Positions 50,449 to 60,829 of a DNA stretch of 64,000 bases are shown here, in pieces. Made by a program: the position numbers and the translations under genes. The stretch spans positions 14,596-78,595 of the forward strand of contig JALSJH010000019.1 in NCBI GenBank assembly GCA_026989455.1. The letters run 5' to 3'. The stretch is from Chromatiales bacterium (lineage in GTDB: Bacteria > Pseudomonadota > Gammaproteobacteria > RBG-16-57-12). Position 1 is the stretch's first letter. Each line of letters opens with the position of its first letter. Under the pieces are notes generated by a model that made no database searches, had not been told where the DNA came from, and was given only the letters and a program-made list of their open reading frames with translations.

Positions 50449-50644
50449 TTTTTCCTCCAGTGATTATTGTGGTAAGCATTCAGAAAAGTGTATGTTGATC
50501 CGTTGACATACGAGGCATACCGGTTCCATGAATGCGAACATCTTATCGAAACTCCCTGTTCGGCGCATACCAACTCTTTGGTATGTGCTTCCTGAGGGTT
50601 TGTAATACACTTATCTGAAAACTAGGCGAATTTTATCGGAGCAT

Positions 50645-51286
50645 ATGCAAACTTATACCCTGATCCTCGTTGAAGATGATGCCGATATATGTGATCGCCT
50701 TGTGCAGCTCATTGCCCAGCATGACAACTTAAAGCTGCTGGCGGTGGCCAGCAGTGTCGCTGAAGGGTTGACGGCTCTGGCAAAGCACAAGCCAGATATT
50801 CTACTGGTTGACCTTGGGCTGCCCGATGGGTCGGGCATCGAAATCATCAAGGCTATCGACAAGCAGCACCTTGATTGTGAGGCGATGGTTATTTCTGGCT
50901 TTCAGGATGAGTACCGCGTTTTTAGTGCGCTGGAAGCGGGAGCTAAGGCGTATATTCTCAAGCACGACAAAAGCCAGAAAATTACCGATGCTATTATCAA
51001 TATGATGGGTGGTGGTGCGCCCATCAGCCCGGTTATCGCCCGCCTGATGTTGCAGAAGTTTAAGGTGCCGAGGTCACATGAGCAGGGCTTGGTAGAGGCG
51101 TTGACTCACCGCCAGACAGATATTCTTAAGCTGGTAAGTCAGGGGTTTTCATCCCGTGAAATTGCTGAAAAACTGGGAATTAGCTATTACACGGTGACCA
51201 CCCACATCAAAAGCATTTATAATAAATTGCAGGTCAACAGCCGTACCGAGGCTCTCTATGAAGCCGCTAGGCTTGGGCTACTCTAA
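50645..51286 (+). CDS. Response regulator, NarL/LuxR family
   Basis: 213 aa. REC (LILVEDDADI ... ILLVDLGLPDGSG) plus LuxR HTH (LTHRQTDILKLVSQGFSSREIAEKLGISYYTVTTHIKSIYNKL). Confidence 0.8.
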   Translation: MQTYTLILVEDDADICDRLVQLIAQHDNLKLLAVASSVAEGLTALAKHKPDILLVDLGLPDGSGIEIIKAIDKQHLDCEAMVISGFQDEYRVFSALEAGAKAYILKHDKSQKITDAIINMMGGGAPISPVIARLMLQKFKVPRSHEQGLVEALTHRQTDILKLVSQGFSSREIAEKLGISYYTVTTHIKSIYNKLQVNSRTEALYEAARLGLL

Positions 51287-51332
51287 GGAAGCGCTGAACA
51301 CGTCATGAATATTTTTTGTCGGAATGAACGCG
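51287..51332 (+). repeat. Miniature inverted-repeat element, truncated copy 6 (left terminal repeat only)
   Basis: GGAAGCGCTGAACACGTCATGAATATTTTTTG begins at the nucleotide after the response-regulator TAA stop. Confidence 0.55.
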
Positions 51333-51336
51333 TTTT

Positions 51337-53208
51337 ATGTGGTTAAGCGGCAACAAAAGCGGAGTATTCATTGCTCTTTTTTGTTATGGATTGGCGCTCA
51401 ATTATCTGGTGTTTCACCTTCCCATTACTTTTTTTAAAGCCCCGGATGTCGGACTTGTGCAGGATGTTGAGGTGATTGCCAGTGAAGTGGCTCTGCCCGC
51501 TGATTTGCCTCAGGTTAATTGGAAGCCTGTGTCTCTGCCCGATAATGGGTATCAAAATCAGCGGCAGCTGGAGCAGGTCTGGTATCGGGCCACTGTTGCT
51601 TTGGATGATGTCGGTGTCGATATATGGGCACTCTACTTTCCATTGGTTGTGCACAACGCTGCCGTGTTCATTAATGGAGTCTGGGTTGGACAGGCTGGGC
51701 CATTTGGCAAGCCGACTGCTCGGCACCATAACAACCCTTTGTTGTTTAGCTTCTCTCCCGCACTGCTGAAGGAAGGGGAGAATCGGATTGATATCCGTCT
51801 CCAGACATCATTTCACGAGCAGGGCTATTTAGATCGCTTTTACCTCGCACCAGAGAGCCAACTGAGCGCTATTTATGCCTGGAAGCACTTTGTCCGCATT
51901 GATCTGATTCAGTGGATCACCATGGCCATGTACCTGATGTCGGCTATTGTTTTCTTCTTTTGGTTGGCACGTCCGCAAGACAGCATCTATGGCCTGTTCT
52001 CCTTAGAGCTGTTTCTTTGGGCGACACACAACCTCAATCTGTTTATTACTGAAATCCCCGTATCTGCGCGCCTGTGGGAAGCGATGACGATGAGTACCTT
52101 GGGTTGGGCCGTTATCGCAATGATTCTCTTTAATCATCGTTATGTTGGGCAGGGCAATGCGCGCATTGAAAAGTTTATCCTGATCTTTTCAGTGTTTGGC
52201 ATTGGTCTGTTTTTTCTGCCCGATATCGGCAGTATCCTGCACATCGGTTACCGTGTCTGGGACGTTTTTCTGGTGATTTTTGGCTGTTACGCTATTTTTC
52301 ATCTACTTAAAGCCTATGGGCACAGGCCAAATGTCGACCTCCTCCTAATGCTGCTGGTGGGGTTTCCCATACTTATTTTCGGACTCCATGACATATTGGT
52401 GTTGAACCACATTATTGACCGACGTGAAGGTCTGATCATCCAATACAGCGCTATTCCGGCCGTGTTGCTGTTTAGTTGGTTTCTGATACGGCGTTTTGTG
52501 CAGTCAATCGACCGAGCTGAACAGCTGGCCGAGACCCTTGATCAGCGGGTGCGAACCAAACAGTTGCAACTACAATCGCAATATGAAGAGCTCCAATCTG
52601 TGCGGGAGGAGGGGCTGCTGCTGAAGGAGCGAGAGCGCATCATGCGTGACATGCATGATGGTATTGGTGGGCAGTTGGTTTCAGTGGTTAGTCTGTTACA
52701 GGAGCAACCGGGCGATCTTTATAAAAGGGTGCGTGAGAAAGTACAGCATAGCTTGACAGATCTGCGTCTAGTTATCGATTCACTCGACCCTTTGCTCAGT
52801 GACCTGCCGACCCTACTGGGGATGATGCGTGTGCGCTTGGTTGATCAACTAGAGGCGGCAAATATCACGCTGGAGTGGGCGGTCACTGAGCTGCCGGAGA
52901 TAAAAAATATGAGTCCCAGACGCAGCCTACACATTATGCGTATCGTGCAGGAGTCGATAACCAACAGCATAAAGCACGCTCAGTCGGAAAGAATCATGTT
53001 GGCCACAGGGGTGATTGGCGCAAAAAACCAGCAGGTGTATGTGGATGTAATGGATTATGGGGTGGGTATTATTGATGGCTTGGCGGCGGCAAGTTTACAA
53101 GGGCGGGGCATTAAGAATATGCAATATCGTGCAGAGCAGCTGGGCGCGACACTGGATATCGATTCCAGCAGAAGTGGCACGCGGATTCGGTTGTTGATGG
53201 ATGTATAG
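51337..53208 (+). CDS. Sensor histidine kinase, 7TMR-DISM-type N-terminus with HisKA_3/HATPase_c (NarX/UhpB class)
   Basis: 623 aa. Extracytoplasmic domain then 7 TM helices. Coiled coil, H-box RIMRDMHDGIGGQLV, C-terminal ATPase (G-boxes). Cognate of the upstream LuxR regulator. Confidence 0.75.
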   Translation: MWLSGNKSGVFIALFCYGLALNYLVFHLPITFFKAPDVGLVQDVEVIASEVALPADLPQVNWKPVSLPDNGYQNQRQLEQVWYRATVALDDVGVDIWALYFPLVVHNAAVFINGVWVGQAGPFGKPTARHHNNPLLFSFSPALLKEGENRIDIRLQTSFHEQGYLDRFYLAPESQLSAIYAWKHFVRIDLIQWITMAMYLMSAIVFFFWLARPQDSIYGLFSLELFLWATHNLNLFITEIPVSARLWEAMTMSTLGWAVIAMILFNHRYVGQGNARIEKFILIFSVFGIGLFFLPDIGSILHIGYRVWDVFLVIFGCYAIFHLLKAYGHRPNVDLLLMLLVGFPILIFGLHDILVLNHIIDRREGLIIQYSAIPAVLLFSWFLIRRFVQSIDRAEQLAETLDQRVRTKQLQLQSQYEELQSVREEGLLLKERERIMRDMHDGIGGQLVSVVSLLQEQPGDLYKRVREKVQHSLTDLRLVIDSLDPLLSDLPTLLGMMRVRLVDQLEAANITLEWAVTELPEIKNMSPRRSLHIMRIVQESITNSIKHAQSERIMLATGVIGAKNQQVYVDVMDYGVGIIDGLAAASLQGRGIKNMQYRAEQLGATLDIDSSRSGTRIRLLMDV

Positions 53209-53224
53209 AACCCCTGCTGTAGAG

Positions 53225-53794
53225 TTACTCCCTCACCGGGCGTTTCTGTAGTTTTCTCTGTAGTGTTCGGCGATGCATTCCAAGGCGGCGCGCCGCTTCG
53301 GATATGTTGTTGTTGCAATCCATCAACACCCTTTGTAGGTGCTCCCACTCTAACCGATTGACTGACTTTGGTTTCTGAGTAATTTTCATTGAGGCATCAC
53401 CCTCTTCACGACCAAAAGCGTTGATGACCTCTTCGGTATCAGCGGGCTTGGTTAAATAGTGGATAGCTCCCAGCTTAACGGCTTCAACGGCAGTGGCTAC
53501 ACTGGAGTAGCCGGTGAGTACGACAATTTTTGTGTGGCTGTCGAGCTGCTTCAACATCTCAACCATCACCAGACCAGAAGGACCCGGCATATTCAGATCA
53601 ACAACTGCAAATTCAGGCGGGCTTTGTTGGGCGAGCTCACTGCCTTGAGTTACATCGTATGCAAGCGTGACTTGAAAACCCTGGCGCTCAAGTGCCTGAC
53701 TAAGTACACGGCAGAAAACCTCATCATCATCCACCAGTAGTAATGAAGGGCGGTCCACTATTTCGTTGTTATTGGTCTCTATCAGGGTATCCAT
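53225..53794 (-). CDS. regA: Redox response regulator RegA/PrrA/ActR/RoxR
   Basis: REC domain plus the invariant RegA-type Fis-like HTH NISEAARRLGMHRRTLQRKLQKRP at the C-terminus. Start set at MDTLIE. Confidence 0.8.
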   Translation of the reverse strand: MDTLIETNNNEIVDRPSLLLVDDDEVFCRVLSQALERQGFQVTLAYDVTQGSELAQQSPPEFAVVDLNMPGPSGLVMVEMLKQLDSHTKIVVLTGYSSVATAVEAVKLGAIHYLTKPADTEEVINAFGREEGDASMKITQKPKSVNRLEWEHLQRVLMDCNNNISEAARRLGMHRRTLQRKLQKRPVRE

Positions 53795-53805
53795 CTGCCG
53801 GGCTC

Positions 53806-55101
53806 TCAAATAAGTAGTTTTTGTAATGGCAAAGTAACCGCTGTACAGGCACCACCACCCTCACGGTTGGTGAGTTCTATCTCACCGCCTAAGCGATGGA
53901 TGACTGAATAGGCAAGAAATAGCCCAAGCCCCATTCCCTGGTCACCCTCTTTGGTGGTGAAGATCGAGCGTCCTGCACGGGCATTGGTCTCATCATCAAT
54001 ACCCGCCCCTCGATCAAGCACTGTTAACTGGAGCAGGTTTTCATGCCACTGTGCAGTGATCTCAATATCATGGGCCGATGCGTCAGCGGCATTATTAAAT
54101 ATGTTGATAAGCGCCTGTGTCAATGTCTGTTCTGCAATTAATAGTGGAGGGGGTTGCTCACCTTTCAGGCTGATTAGTAGCGAAATACCCGGGCGCATCT
54201 GTTGCCACTGTCGAATGATCTCATCAAGGTATTCATCCAGCGGTAGGCTTTTTCCTGATGCTGCTTGCAGTTGCCCTGCGGAGGCTGAAAGCGTTGAGAG
54301 CGTCTCTTTGCAGCGCTGAACTTGTGAGCGTAGGGTGGATAATTGCTCACTGAGGGCTTTATCCTCTGCATATTGATGTTCCAGTTCGCTGGCTAATATG
54401 GCAATAGTACCTAAGGGGGTGCCCAGTTCGTGGGCTGCCCCTGCAGCTAGAGAACCCAGCGCTACCAGTTGTTCGTCACGCAGTGATTTCTCTTTGGTTT
54501 CGGCGAGAATATGGTCTCGTTCTCGCAGGGTATGCCCCATTTTTGCCGCAAAGGTGGCGATTAACGCAGCGCTAATGACAAAACCCCACCACATGCCAAT
54601 AATGTGGATATTAAAGTGCTCTGTTGTATGGTGTTCGAGTGGAATGAAGGGCTGATAGTTAAACAGTAAAAAGCTGTAAGCGGCGATGGTGAGGAGTGCA
54701 ATGCTCCAGATATAGCGCATAGAGAGCACCGAGGCGGCAACCACAAGCGGGAGCAGAAACATAAGCGTGAACGGATTGGTAGAGCCACCACTAAAATAGA
54801 GCAGCAGGGTTAAAATGGCGACATCCAGAATTAGCTGAATAAAAAAACGTGAATCGGCAATGGCCTCCATCTTCTTGATATGCCACCCGGTCCAGAGCGA
54901 TAAGCCGCTCCAGAGAGCAAGGATCAGTAGCAGTGGCCAGATTGCAGATTGCAGATGCAGCGTAAAGGTGACAACCAGCAAGGTAAGCAGCCAGCTGCCG
55001 ATAGCAACGCCCCTGAGTACCAGTAAACGGCGCATGTTGAGGTGTGTGGTGTGCTGGTGTACATCGTGGTAACTATTCAGTGTGTTCATCTTTTGTCTCA
55101 C
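53806..55101 (-). CDS. regB: Redox sensor histidine kinase RegB/PrrB/ActS/RoxS
   Basis: 431 aa. 6 TM helices with the RegB quinone-binding motif GGxxNPF (FSGGSTNPFTLMFL). H-box AAHELGTPLGTIAILASEL. 4-nt overlap with regA. Confidence 0.8.
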   Translation of the reverse strand: MRQKMNTLNSYHDVHQHTTHLNMRRLLVLRGVAIGSWLLTLLVVTFTLHLQSAIWPLLLILALWSGLSLWTGWHIKKMEAIADSRFFIQLILDVAILTLLLYFSGGSTNPFTLMFLLPLVVAASVLSMRYIWSIALLTIAAYSFLLFNYQPFIPLEHHTTEHFNIHIIGMWWGFVISAALIATFAAKMGHTLRERDHILAETKEKSLRDEQLVALGSLAAGAAHELGTPLGTIAILASELEHQYAEDKALSEQLSTLRSQVQRCKETLSTLSASAGQLQAASGKSLPLDEYLDEIIRQWQQMRPGISLLISLKGEQPPPLLIAEQTLTQALINIFNNAADASAHDIEITAQWHENLLQLTVLDRGAGIDDETNARAGRSIFTTKEGDQGMGLGLFLAYSVIHRLGGEIELTNREGGGACTAVTLPLQKLLI

Positions 55102-55224
55102 TTCATCGCGTTCAATTAGCCACAGATTCCCTATATGCTCCCTCTTTTCGTGCGAAAATGCCTCGGTTTGAAAGGAAATATAAACACGTTAAATAGTGAC
55201 AACTTATGAAGTGTTCGGGGGTAG

Positions 55225-56286
55225 TCATTTTTTCTCTTTTTCGGTCAATCTTTTGAGGTTGCTTATCACCTGCTCGGTTCGTAGGATGTTGATTTGTGCT
55301 TGTTTGTTATCCGGGTCAAGTTTTAGTACTTGATTCCAACGGGTAATGGCATCAGCAAACTGATCCTGACGGTAATATTTTCTGCCCTGTTCCATGTGCT
55401 GTTCGACGGCCTGCTCGATCTCTTTGTGTAGCTGCTGTTTTAGTGGCTGGATCTTTTCACTGTTTCTGTTGATCGCTTCGGCCTGTTTTAGTAGCACAAT
55501 AGCTCGCTCCAGATCTCTTTTTTCCAAGGCGGCTGCTAGTTTTGAAGTTAACTCTCTGAGCCGTTGCCGTCTCTGCTGAGCTAGGCTCTGTTGCTTTAGC
55601 TCTATGCTCTCTTGATGCTGTTGAGTCAGTACCTTTTCCAGTGCTGCTTTGGCCTCTTTGCTCTCTGTTGTGGCGCTTAGCTGATAGGCTAGCGGCAGTG
55701 TCTGCTGGGCGAGAACTAGGTTCTCTTCTTGCAGTGCTTGCTTACCTGTTTTTAGTAACTTTTTGACCGTTAGTTGGGTTTTTTTACGGTATTCCAGAGA
55801 GCGTTTTTTGGCTTGTGAATTTTCAGGGTCGATGTGTAGCAGTTGTCGGTCAATGGTCATATTGGCATAGAGCGCTTCTGAGTTGGCGATGAGTCGCTCA
55901 GTCTCAAGACGCTGTTGCTCTTTTTTCTGAGTCGCTTGCCAGCGTACTTTTGCTTGTTTTAATACCGGGCTGTTGGGAATGCGGTGTTCCGCTTGTAATA
56001 GCAGCCGGTTAGCCTCTTCCCAGTGTTGGTCGGTGATCAGCTGTTCCAGTTTTTTTGGTAGGGCGGCCTCGTAGTTGGCGATCACTTTTTCGACCTGTTG
56101 GCGCTCATCCGGATTGTCGGCAGCTTGCAGGAGCGCTTGACTGTAATCACCACGGATAATGAGTTCAATGACATTCAGGTTGGAGGGTGGTGCCGGTTTT
56201 TTCTCTTTTATGGGAGCACAGGCGCTGAGGGTGCCCAGGATCAAGAGAAGCAGCGTATATTGAAAAAAAGTTTTATTTATCTGCAT
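55225..56286 (-). CDS. TPR/coiled-coil lipoprotein
   Basis: 353 aa. Lipobox LGTLSAC. Long helical Q/E/K-rich repeats. Terminal TPR-like YYRQDQFADAITRWNQVLKLDPDN. 14-nt overlap with the cyclase gene. Confidence 0.5.
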   Translation of the reverse strand: MQINKTFFQYTLLLLILGTLSACAPIKEKKPAPPSNLNVIELIIRGDYSQALLQAADNPDERQQVEKVIANYEAALPKKLEQLITDQHWEEANRLLLQAEHRIPNSPVLKQAKVRWQATQKKEQQRLETERLIANSEALYANMTIDRQLLHIDPENSQAKKRSLEYRKKTQLTVKKLLKTGKQALQEENLVLAQQTLPLAYQLSATTESKEAKAALEKVLTQQHQESIELKQQSLAQQRRQRLRELTSKLAAALEKRDLERAIVLLKQAEAINRNSEKIQPLKQQLHKEIEQAVEQHMEQGRKYYRQDQFADAITRWNQVLKLDPDNKQAQINILRTEQVISNLKRLTEKEKK

Positions 56287-57784
56287 TTGATATTAGAGCT
56301 TTCTTGAATAGTTGATAACACTGCTCTCGCGCATCGCCAATGTCAGTGACCCAATAAGTCTCTACCGGCTCTTTTTTGCCTCGTAGCTTCAGTGTGCCAT
56401 GAGGGATGACGGCTGGCGTGTGCTTGGCGGCAGAGAGCTCATCCAGCAACTGCTGGGTGATGATGGTCTGGTTTGATTCGGCTGCCGAGGCCAGTCTGGA
56501 GGCCAAGTTTACGGTATCACCAATTACTGTGTAGTTCATCCTTTCGGGCGAACCAATATTTCCGGCTAACATCCGCCCACTATTCACCCCAATGTGGAAG
56601 TGCAATATTCGCAATCCGTGGCGCTGCCGATGCTGGTTGACCAGTGCGATCAGCTTTTGAATCACCACGGCGCAGCTTATGGCGTGGTAGCGGTGATCCG
56701 AGTCATTGTCAGGGACACCGAACAGCAGCATGGCACAATCGCCAATATATTTATCCACATGTCCTTGGAAGAAGTCGGCAGCTTTGCTGATGTAGCTGAA
56801 GTAGTCATTAAGTAGGGTGCTCAGTTCATCTGGTGGTAATTTTTCTGAAAGCTGGGTAAATCCCACCACATCGGCAAACAGTACGCTGGCATCGACATAG
56901 CGCCCTCCCAGTTGCTCCCACTGGGTGTCGTGAACGATTGTTTTGGCCAGCGAGGGGGAGACGTAGCGAGAGAAGCTCTCCTCCAGTACACCCCTTTGCC
57001 GCATCCCCTCCTGCATTTTACTAAAAGAGACAAAGAGTCGCTCTACTTCATCAGCCGGTTGGCCGGTTGTTTCGGATATCTCACTCATCTCACCATGGTC
57101 GATGGATGCGCTGGCCTTGGCCATGTTTGTAATAGGGCGTGTAACCCGCCGCCCTAGGTAGAGTGAGATGATGGTGCCAAATATCAGCAGTATCGCGGTT
57201 GTTATCCCGAGTGCTTTTATGATCTGTTGTTGGGCTTGGCGCATTTTGGACTGACTTAAGGTGATTAAACCGTAGCCAATAACCACATCCTTAAACAGCG
57301 CGGGAGCTACGAATGCGCTCTTCTTTTCTATCCCGCCATCACGGTAGGTGTGTTGCCACTGAATGCGGGCTGATTTTTGTAGTGCCTCTTCCGAGAGCTT
57401 GCGCGGGGCAACGCCTGCCAGCGCCAGTGCCTCTCCCTGTTCCGAGTAGAGAGCCACACCCAGCACACTTTTATCATTTAAAAGATTGTTGGCAATCACC
57501 TCCAGCGCCAGCGGGTCGTTAGCCAGTAGCGAGTCTTTGGCCGACTCTACCATCTGTTTGGCAACAGTCTCCCCAAGCTCCAAATATTGTTGGTCAATAA
57601 GGCGTGAATGGTTGTGGGTGATGATTACGCCGAGCAGAATCATGCTGCTGCTGATCAAGAGTGTAAATAACAGTGCCAGTTTATAGGCGATGGGCATCTT
57701 TGCCAGTAAGCGAGCAGGGCGGTTTTTGGGTTGTTTAATGGCGTTATCTGGCGTGGGGTGGGACATAATACTAATCAGACTCAC
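56273..57784 (-). CDS. Class III adenylate/guanylate cyclase with periplasmic sensor and HAMP
   Basis: 503 aa. TM–periplasmic domain–TM–HAMP, then CHD (VLFADVVGFTQLSEKL ... GDCAMLLFGVP ... IGVNSGRMLAGNIGS). Confidence 0.8.
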   Translation of the reverse strand: MSLISIMSHPTPDNAIKQPKNRPARLLAKMPIAYKLALLFTLLISSSMILLGVIITHNHSRLIDQQYLELGETVAKQMVESAKDSLLANDPLALEVIANNLLNDKSVLGVALYSEQGEALALAGVAPRKLSEEALQKSARIQWQHTYRDGGIEKKSAFVAPALFKDVVIGYGLITLSQSKMRQAQQQIIKALGITTAILLIFGTIISLYLGRRVTRPITNMAKASASIDHGEMSEISETTGQPADEVERLFVSFSKMQEGMRQRGVLEESFSRYVSPSLAKTIVHDTQWEQLGGRYVDASVLFADVVGFTQLSEKLPPDELSTLLNDYFSYISKAADFFQGHVDKYIGDCAMLLFGVPDNDSDHRYHAISCAVVIQKLIALVNQHRQRHGLRILHFHIGVNSGRMLAGNIGSPERMNYTVIGDTVNLASRLASAAESNQTIITQQLLDELSAAKHTPAVIPHGTLKLRGKKEPVETYWVTDIGDAREQCYQLFKKALISNADK

Positions 57785-57944
57785 TCGATATCCAAAATGG
57801 CAGTGAAAGAATACCTTTAATTTAAAGCATCAACACTCTATCACAGATTATATAAATTGAGTGACACCGCGCAATTACGGTTGAGTCAAAATAGAGCAGG
57901 AGCCCGTGTTTATCTCGGCCCCTGAGCGCTATTTGAGCTGCGCA

Positions 57945-58742
57945 TTAGCGCTGGAGATTTTCAGGTAGCAGTGGTTTGATGGTGGAGAGGATGCCGTGGA
58001 ATACTTTGGGGCTGCCGGCGATAATGTTACCGGATTTTAGGTAGTTCTCACCGCCCGCAAAGTCGGTTACGATGCCGCCAGCTTCTTGTATGATGAGAGT
58101 GCCTGCGGCAATATCCCAAGGCTGGAGATTAAACTCCCAGAAGCCATCGATGCGGCCAGCGGCCACGTAGGCAAGGTCAAGTGCCGCAGAGCCGGGGCGG
58201 CGGATGCCGGCTGTTTTGGGTATTAACGCTTCCAGGGTTTTCATGTAGCTGTCAAGGTAGCTGAAGTCACTATAGGGGAAGCCTGTGCCGAGGAGTGCGC
58301 CCTCAAGGCTGCGGCGTTTGGTGACACGCAGTTTTCGGTCATTCAGCTTTGCGCCACCACCCCGGCTGGCGGTAAAGGTTTCACGGCGCATGGGGTCATA
58401 AATGACAGCAACTTCCAAACGCTCTTTGTGCATCAATGCAATTGAAACGGCAAATTGTGGGAAGCCGTGCAGGAAGTTGGTTGTGCCATCCAGCGGGTCG
58501 ATGATCCACTGATACTCGTTACCCTCTTGGAGGCCGCTCTCTTCCGCAAGAATGGCGTGCTCAGGATAGGCTTTTTTGAGGGTGTCGATAATCTCCCGTT
58601 CCGCATGTCGGTCAACATCGCTAACAAAGTCATTGTGGGACTTCGAAGTCACATCCAATGTGTCACAGAGTTCAAGAGAGCGCTCGATAAAATCACCCGC
58701 ACGATGTGCGGCTCGGATAGCGATATTCAGCATTGGATTCAT
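57945..58742 (-). CDS. suhB: Inositol-1-monophosphatase SuhB
   Basis: 265 aa. WIIDPLDGTTNF, LEVAVIYDP. Collinear with E. coli SuhB. Divergent from trmJ as in E. coli/Pseudomonas. Confidence 0.9.
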   Translation of the reverse strand: MNPMLNIAIRAAHRAGDFIERSLELCDTLDVTSKSHNDFVSDVDRHAEREIIDTLKKAYPEHAILAEESGLQEGNEYQWIIDPLDGTTNFLHGFPQFAVSIALMHKERLEVAVIYDPMRRETFTASRGGGAKLNDRKLRVTKRRSLEGALLGTGFPYSDFSYLDSYMKTLEALIPKTAGIRRPGSAALDLAYVAAGRIDGFWEFNLQPWDIAAGTLIIQEAGGIVTDFAGGENYLKSGNIIAGSPKVFHGILSTIKPLLPENLQR

Positions 58743-58932
58743 TATTTTGTTCTCTCATGGTTGGCGAACCTGCGGGCGCGGTATTCTAACAGTCTTTGCA
58801 CGGCCATGAAACGTCGATCTGCGGAATTTGCTATCATGGGGCGCTCTGGGTCAATTCAAGGTAGATTTGATACCGTACAGACTCTTTCTAAAATCAATCA
58901 ACGTGATCGTTCAAAGCGATATGTGGAGCGCC

Positions 58933-59676
58933 ATGAAGTTAGCGAATATTCGAATCGTAATGGTTGAGACAACGCACCCGGGGAATATCGGCGCGTGTGC
59001 TCGGGCGATGAAAAACATGGGGCTTTCACGTCTTCATTTGGTTAAGCCTGCCCGTTTCCCTGATAATGAGGCTTTTGCCCGGGCAGCAGGTGCCAGCGAC
59101 CTATTAGATCAGGCCGTTGTCTGTGATTCACTAGCGCAGGCGGTAGAGACCTGTGGCGTGGTGATTGGTGCCAGTGCGCGCCGTCGCTCAATTGCGTGGC
59201 CTGAGTTTAACCCCCGTGAGTGTGCCGAATTTGTTGCGCCACAGAGTGATGAGGTCGATATTGCAATTGTATTTGGTCGTGAGAGCAGTGGCCTCACCAA
59301 TGAAGAGCTGGATTGCTGTAGTCATCTTGTTCACATCCCCAGCAATGAAGCGTTTTCATCACTCAACGTGGCGGCCGCTATTCAGGTGGTCTGTTATGAG
59401 TTGCGGATGCAGTTACTACAGGGCGAGGGTGTACAGGGCGAGCAGGCGGTGCTAGATCAGCTCGCTACATCTGAAGAGCTAGAGGGGATGTATGAACAGA
59501 TGCAGCAGGTGTTGATCGAGATCGACTTTCTCGATGCGGATAAACCTCGTAAACTAATGAGAAGGCTGCGTCGCCTCTACAATAGGACCGCACTTGAACG
59601 CCGTGAGGTGAATATCCTGCGGGGTATATTGAGCGCCGCTCAGCGCCAGGCGCGTCTTGCAGCGGATAGTCAGTAG
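58933..59676 (+). CDS. trmJ: tRNA (cytidine/uridine-2'-O)-methyltransferase TrmJ
   Basis: MKLANIRIVMVETTHPGNIGACARAMKNMGL... SPOUT fold. Aligns with E. coli TrmJ including the C-terminal ELNILRGILSA. ATG 58933 chosen (58921 also possible). Confidence 0.85.
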   Translation: MKLANIRIVMVETTHPGNIGACARAMKNMGLSRLHLVKPARFPDNEAFARAAGASDLLDQAVVCDSLAQAVETCGVVIGASARRRSIAWPEFNPRECAEFVAPQSDEVDIAIVFGRESSGLTNEELDCCSHLVHIPSNEAFSSLNVAAAIQVVCYELRMQLLQGEGVQGEQAVLDQLATSEELEGMYEQMQQVLIEIDFLDADKPRKLMRRLRRLYNRTALERREVNILRGILSAAQRQARLAADSQ

Positions 59677-59741
59677 TTTTGTGCGGGATGCCGTTCCTGC
59701 CAAGTGCTCGTTAAAGCGATTTAATTGATAAAGAAACGATT

Positions 59742-60521
59742 ATGTTTGCACGTCTGAAAGAAGATATTCTTTGCGTATTTGAGCGGGATCCCGCCGCACG
59801 TAACATGTTTGAAGTGCTGACCACCTATCCAGGTCTACATGCACTTATTTTCCATCGTCTGGCGCACTGGCTCTGGGGCATTGGCTTGAAATGGCTGGCG
59901 CGCATGGTGTCGTATATTTCACGTTGGTTTACCGGTATTGAAATTCATCCGGGTGTAAAAATAGGCCGGCGCTTTTTTATCGACCACGGCATGGGGGTTG
60001 TGATTGGAGAGACGGCGGAAATTGGCGATGACTGCACGCTCTATCATGGGGTCACGCTAGGTGGCACACGTTGGAACAAAGGAAAACGCCACCCGACCTT
60101 GCAGGCCAATGTGATTGTGGGTGCAGGGGCAAAAGTGTTAGGGCCAATTACCATCGGTGAGGGTGCGCGTATTGGCTCTAATGCGGTGGTGGTTAAGTCG
60201 GTTGAGGCGGAGGCTACTGTGGTGGGAATCCCCGGGCGGGTAGTGAGTAAAAAAGCATCACCCAGTGATGAACAGGTGCGTAATCGACAAAAGATTGCAG
60301 AAAAGATGGGGTTCGATGCCTACGGTGCCACCAGCGATATGCCCGACCCGGTTGCCAATGCGATGCACCTGATGTTGGATCATATCCATGCCATGGATAA
60401 AAACATGGAGAGTCTCTGCAAGGCGATGGAGAGAGAGGGGCTTAAGGTGAATCAGGTGAGGTTGCCAGATATAGAGGCGTGCGAGCTAACACAGAAAGAG
60501 AAAAAAGAGCCACCGCAGTAG
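59742..60521 (+). CDS. cysE: Serine O-acetyltransferase
   Basis: 259 aa. N-terminal SATase helical domain ([30 protein letters not shown]) and hexapeptide left-handed beta-helix repeats. Confidence 0.9.
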   Translation: MFARLKEDILCVFERDPAARNMFEVLTTYPGLHALIFHRLAHWLWGIGLKWLARMVSYISRWFTGIEIHPGVKIGRRFFIDHGMGVVIGETAEIGDDCTLYHGVTLGGTRWNKGKRHPTLQANVIVGAGAKVLGPITIGEGARIGSNAVVVKSVEAEATVVGIPGRVVSKKASPSDEQVRNRQKIAEKMGFDAYGATSDMPDPVANAMHLMLDHIHAMDKNMESLCKAMEREGLKVNQVRLPDIEACELTQKEKKEPPQ

Positions 60522-60648
60522 CGATTTGTCCTCTCTTTTTTTGTTGGGCTGTAAAGTTGACAAAAACAGTAAGGTAAGAGTAGTATCCCTCCAGTTGCTT
60601 AAGTTTATTGTTTTACCGGGTTTTATTCAATTGCAAAAAATATGTTGA

Positions 60649-60661
60649 GTTACCCGGTAAC
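60649..60661 (+). promoter_or_regulatory. Perfect 6-1-6 palindrome GTTACC-C-GGTAAC in the iscR upstream region
   Basis: Read directly, about 170 bp upstream of iscR. Candidate regulator site. Confidence 0.3.
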
Positions 60662-60786
60662 CTGTAACTATTCAGCGCGTTTATATTTTGCCTCAAATTG
60701 AGGCGCTTTCGCACGCAAAGAGGGAGCTATAGGGAATAGGCGACCGATTGAGTACGAAAATAACGAAGAGTTGGGGCAAAAGATGA

Positions 60787-60810
60787 ATACGTTGAGTAGT
60801 TACATTGAAT
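60787..60810 (+). promoter_or_regulatory. Candidate IscR type-1 autoregulatory site
   Basis: ATACGTTGAGTAGTTACATTGAAT resembles the type-1 consensus ATAsyyGACTrwwwyAGTCrrsTAT. Ends 20 bp before the iscR ATG, overlapping the expected promoter. Confidence 0.4.
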
Positions 60811-60829
60811 TTTTAATGCAGGTGTCTGA

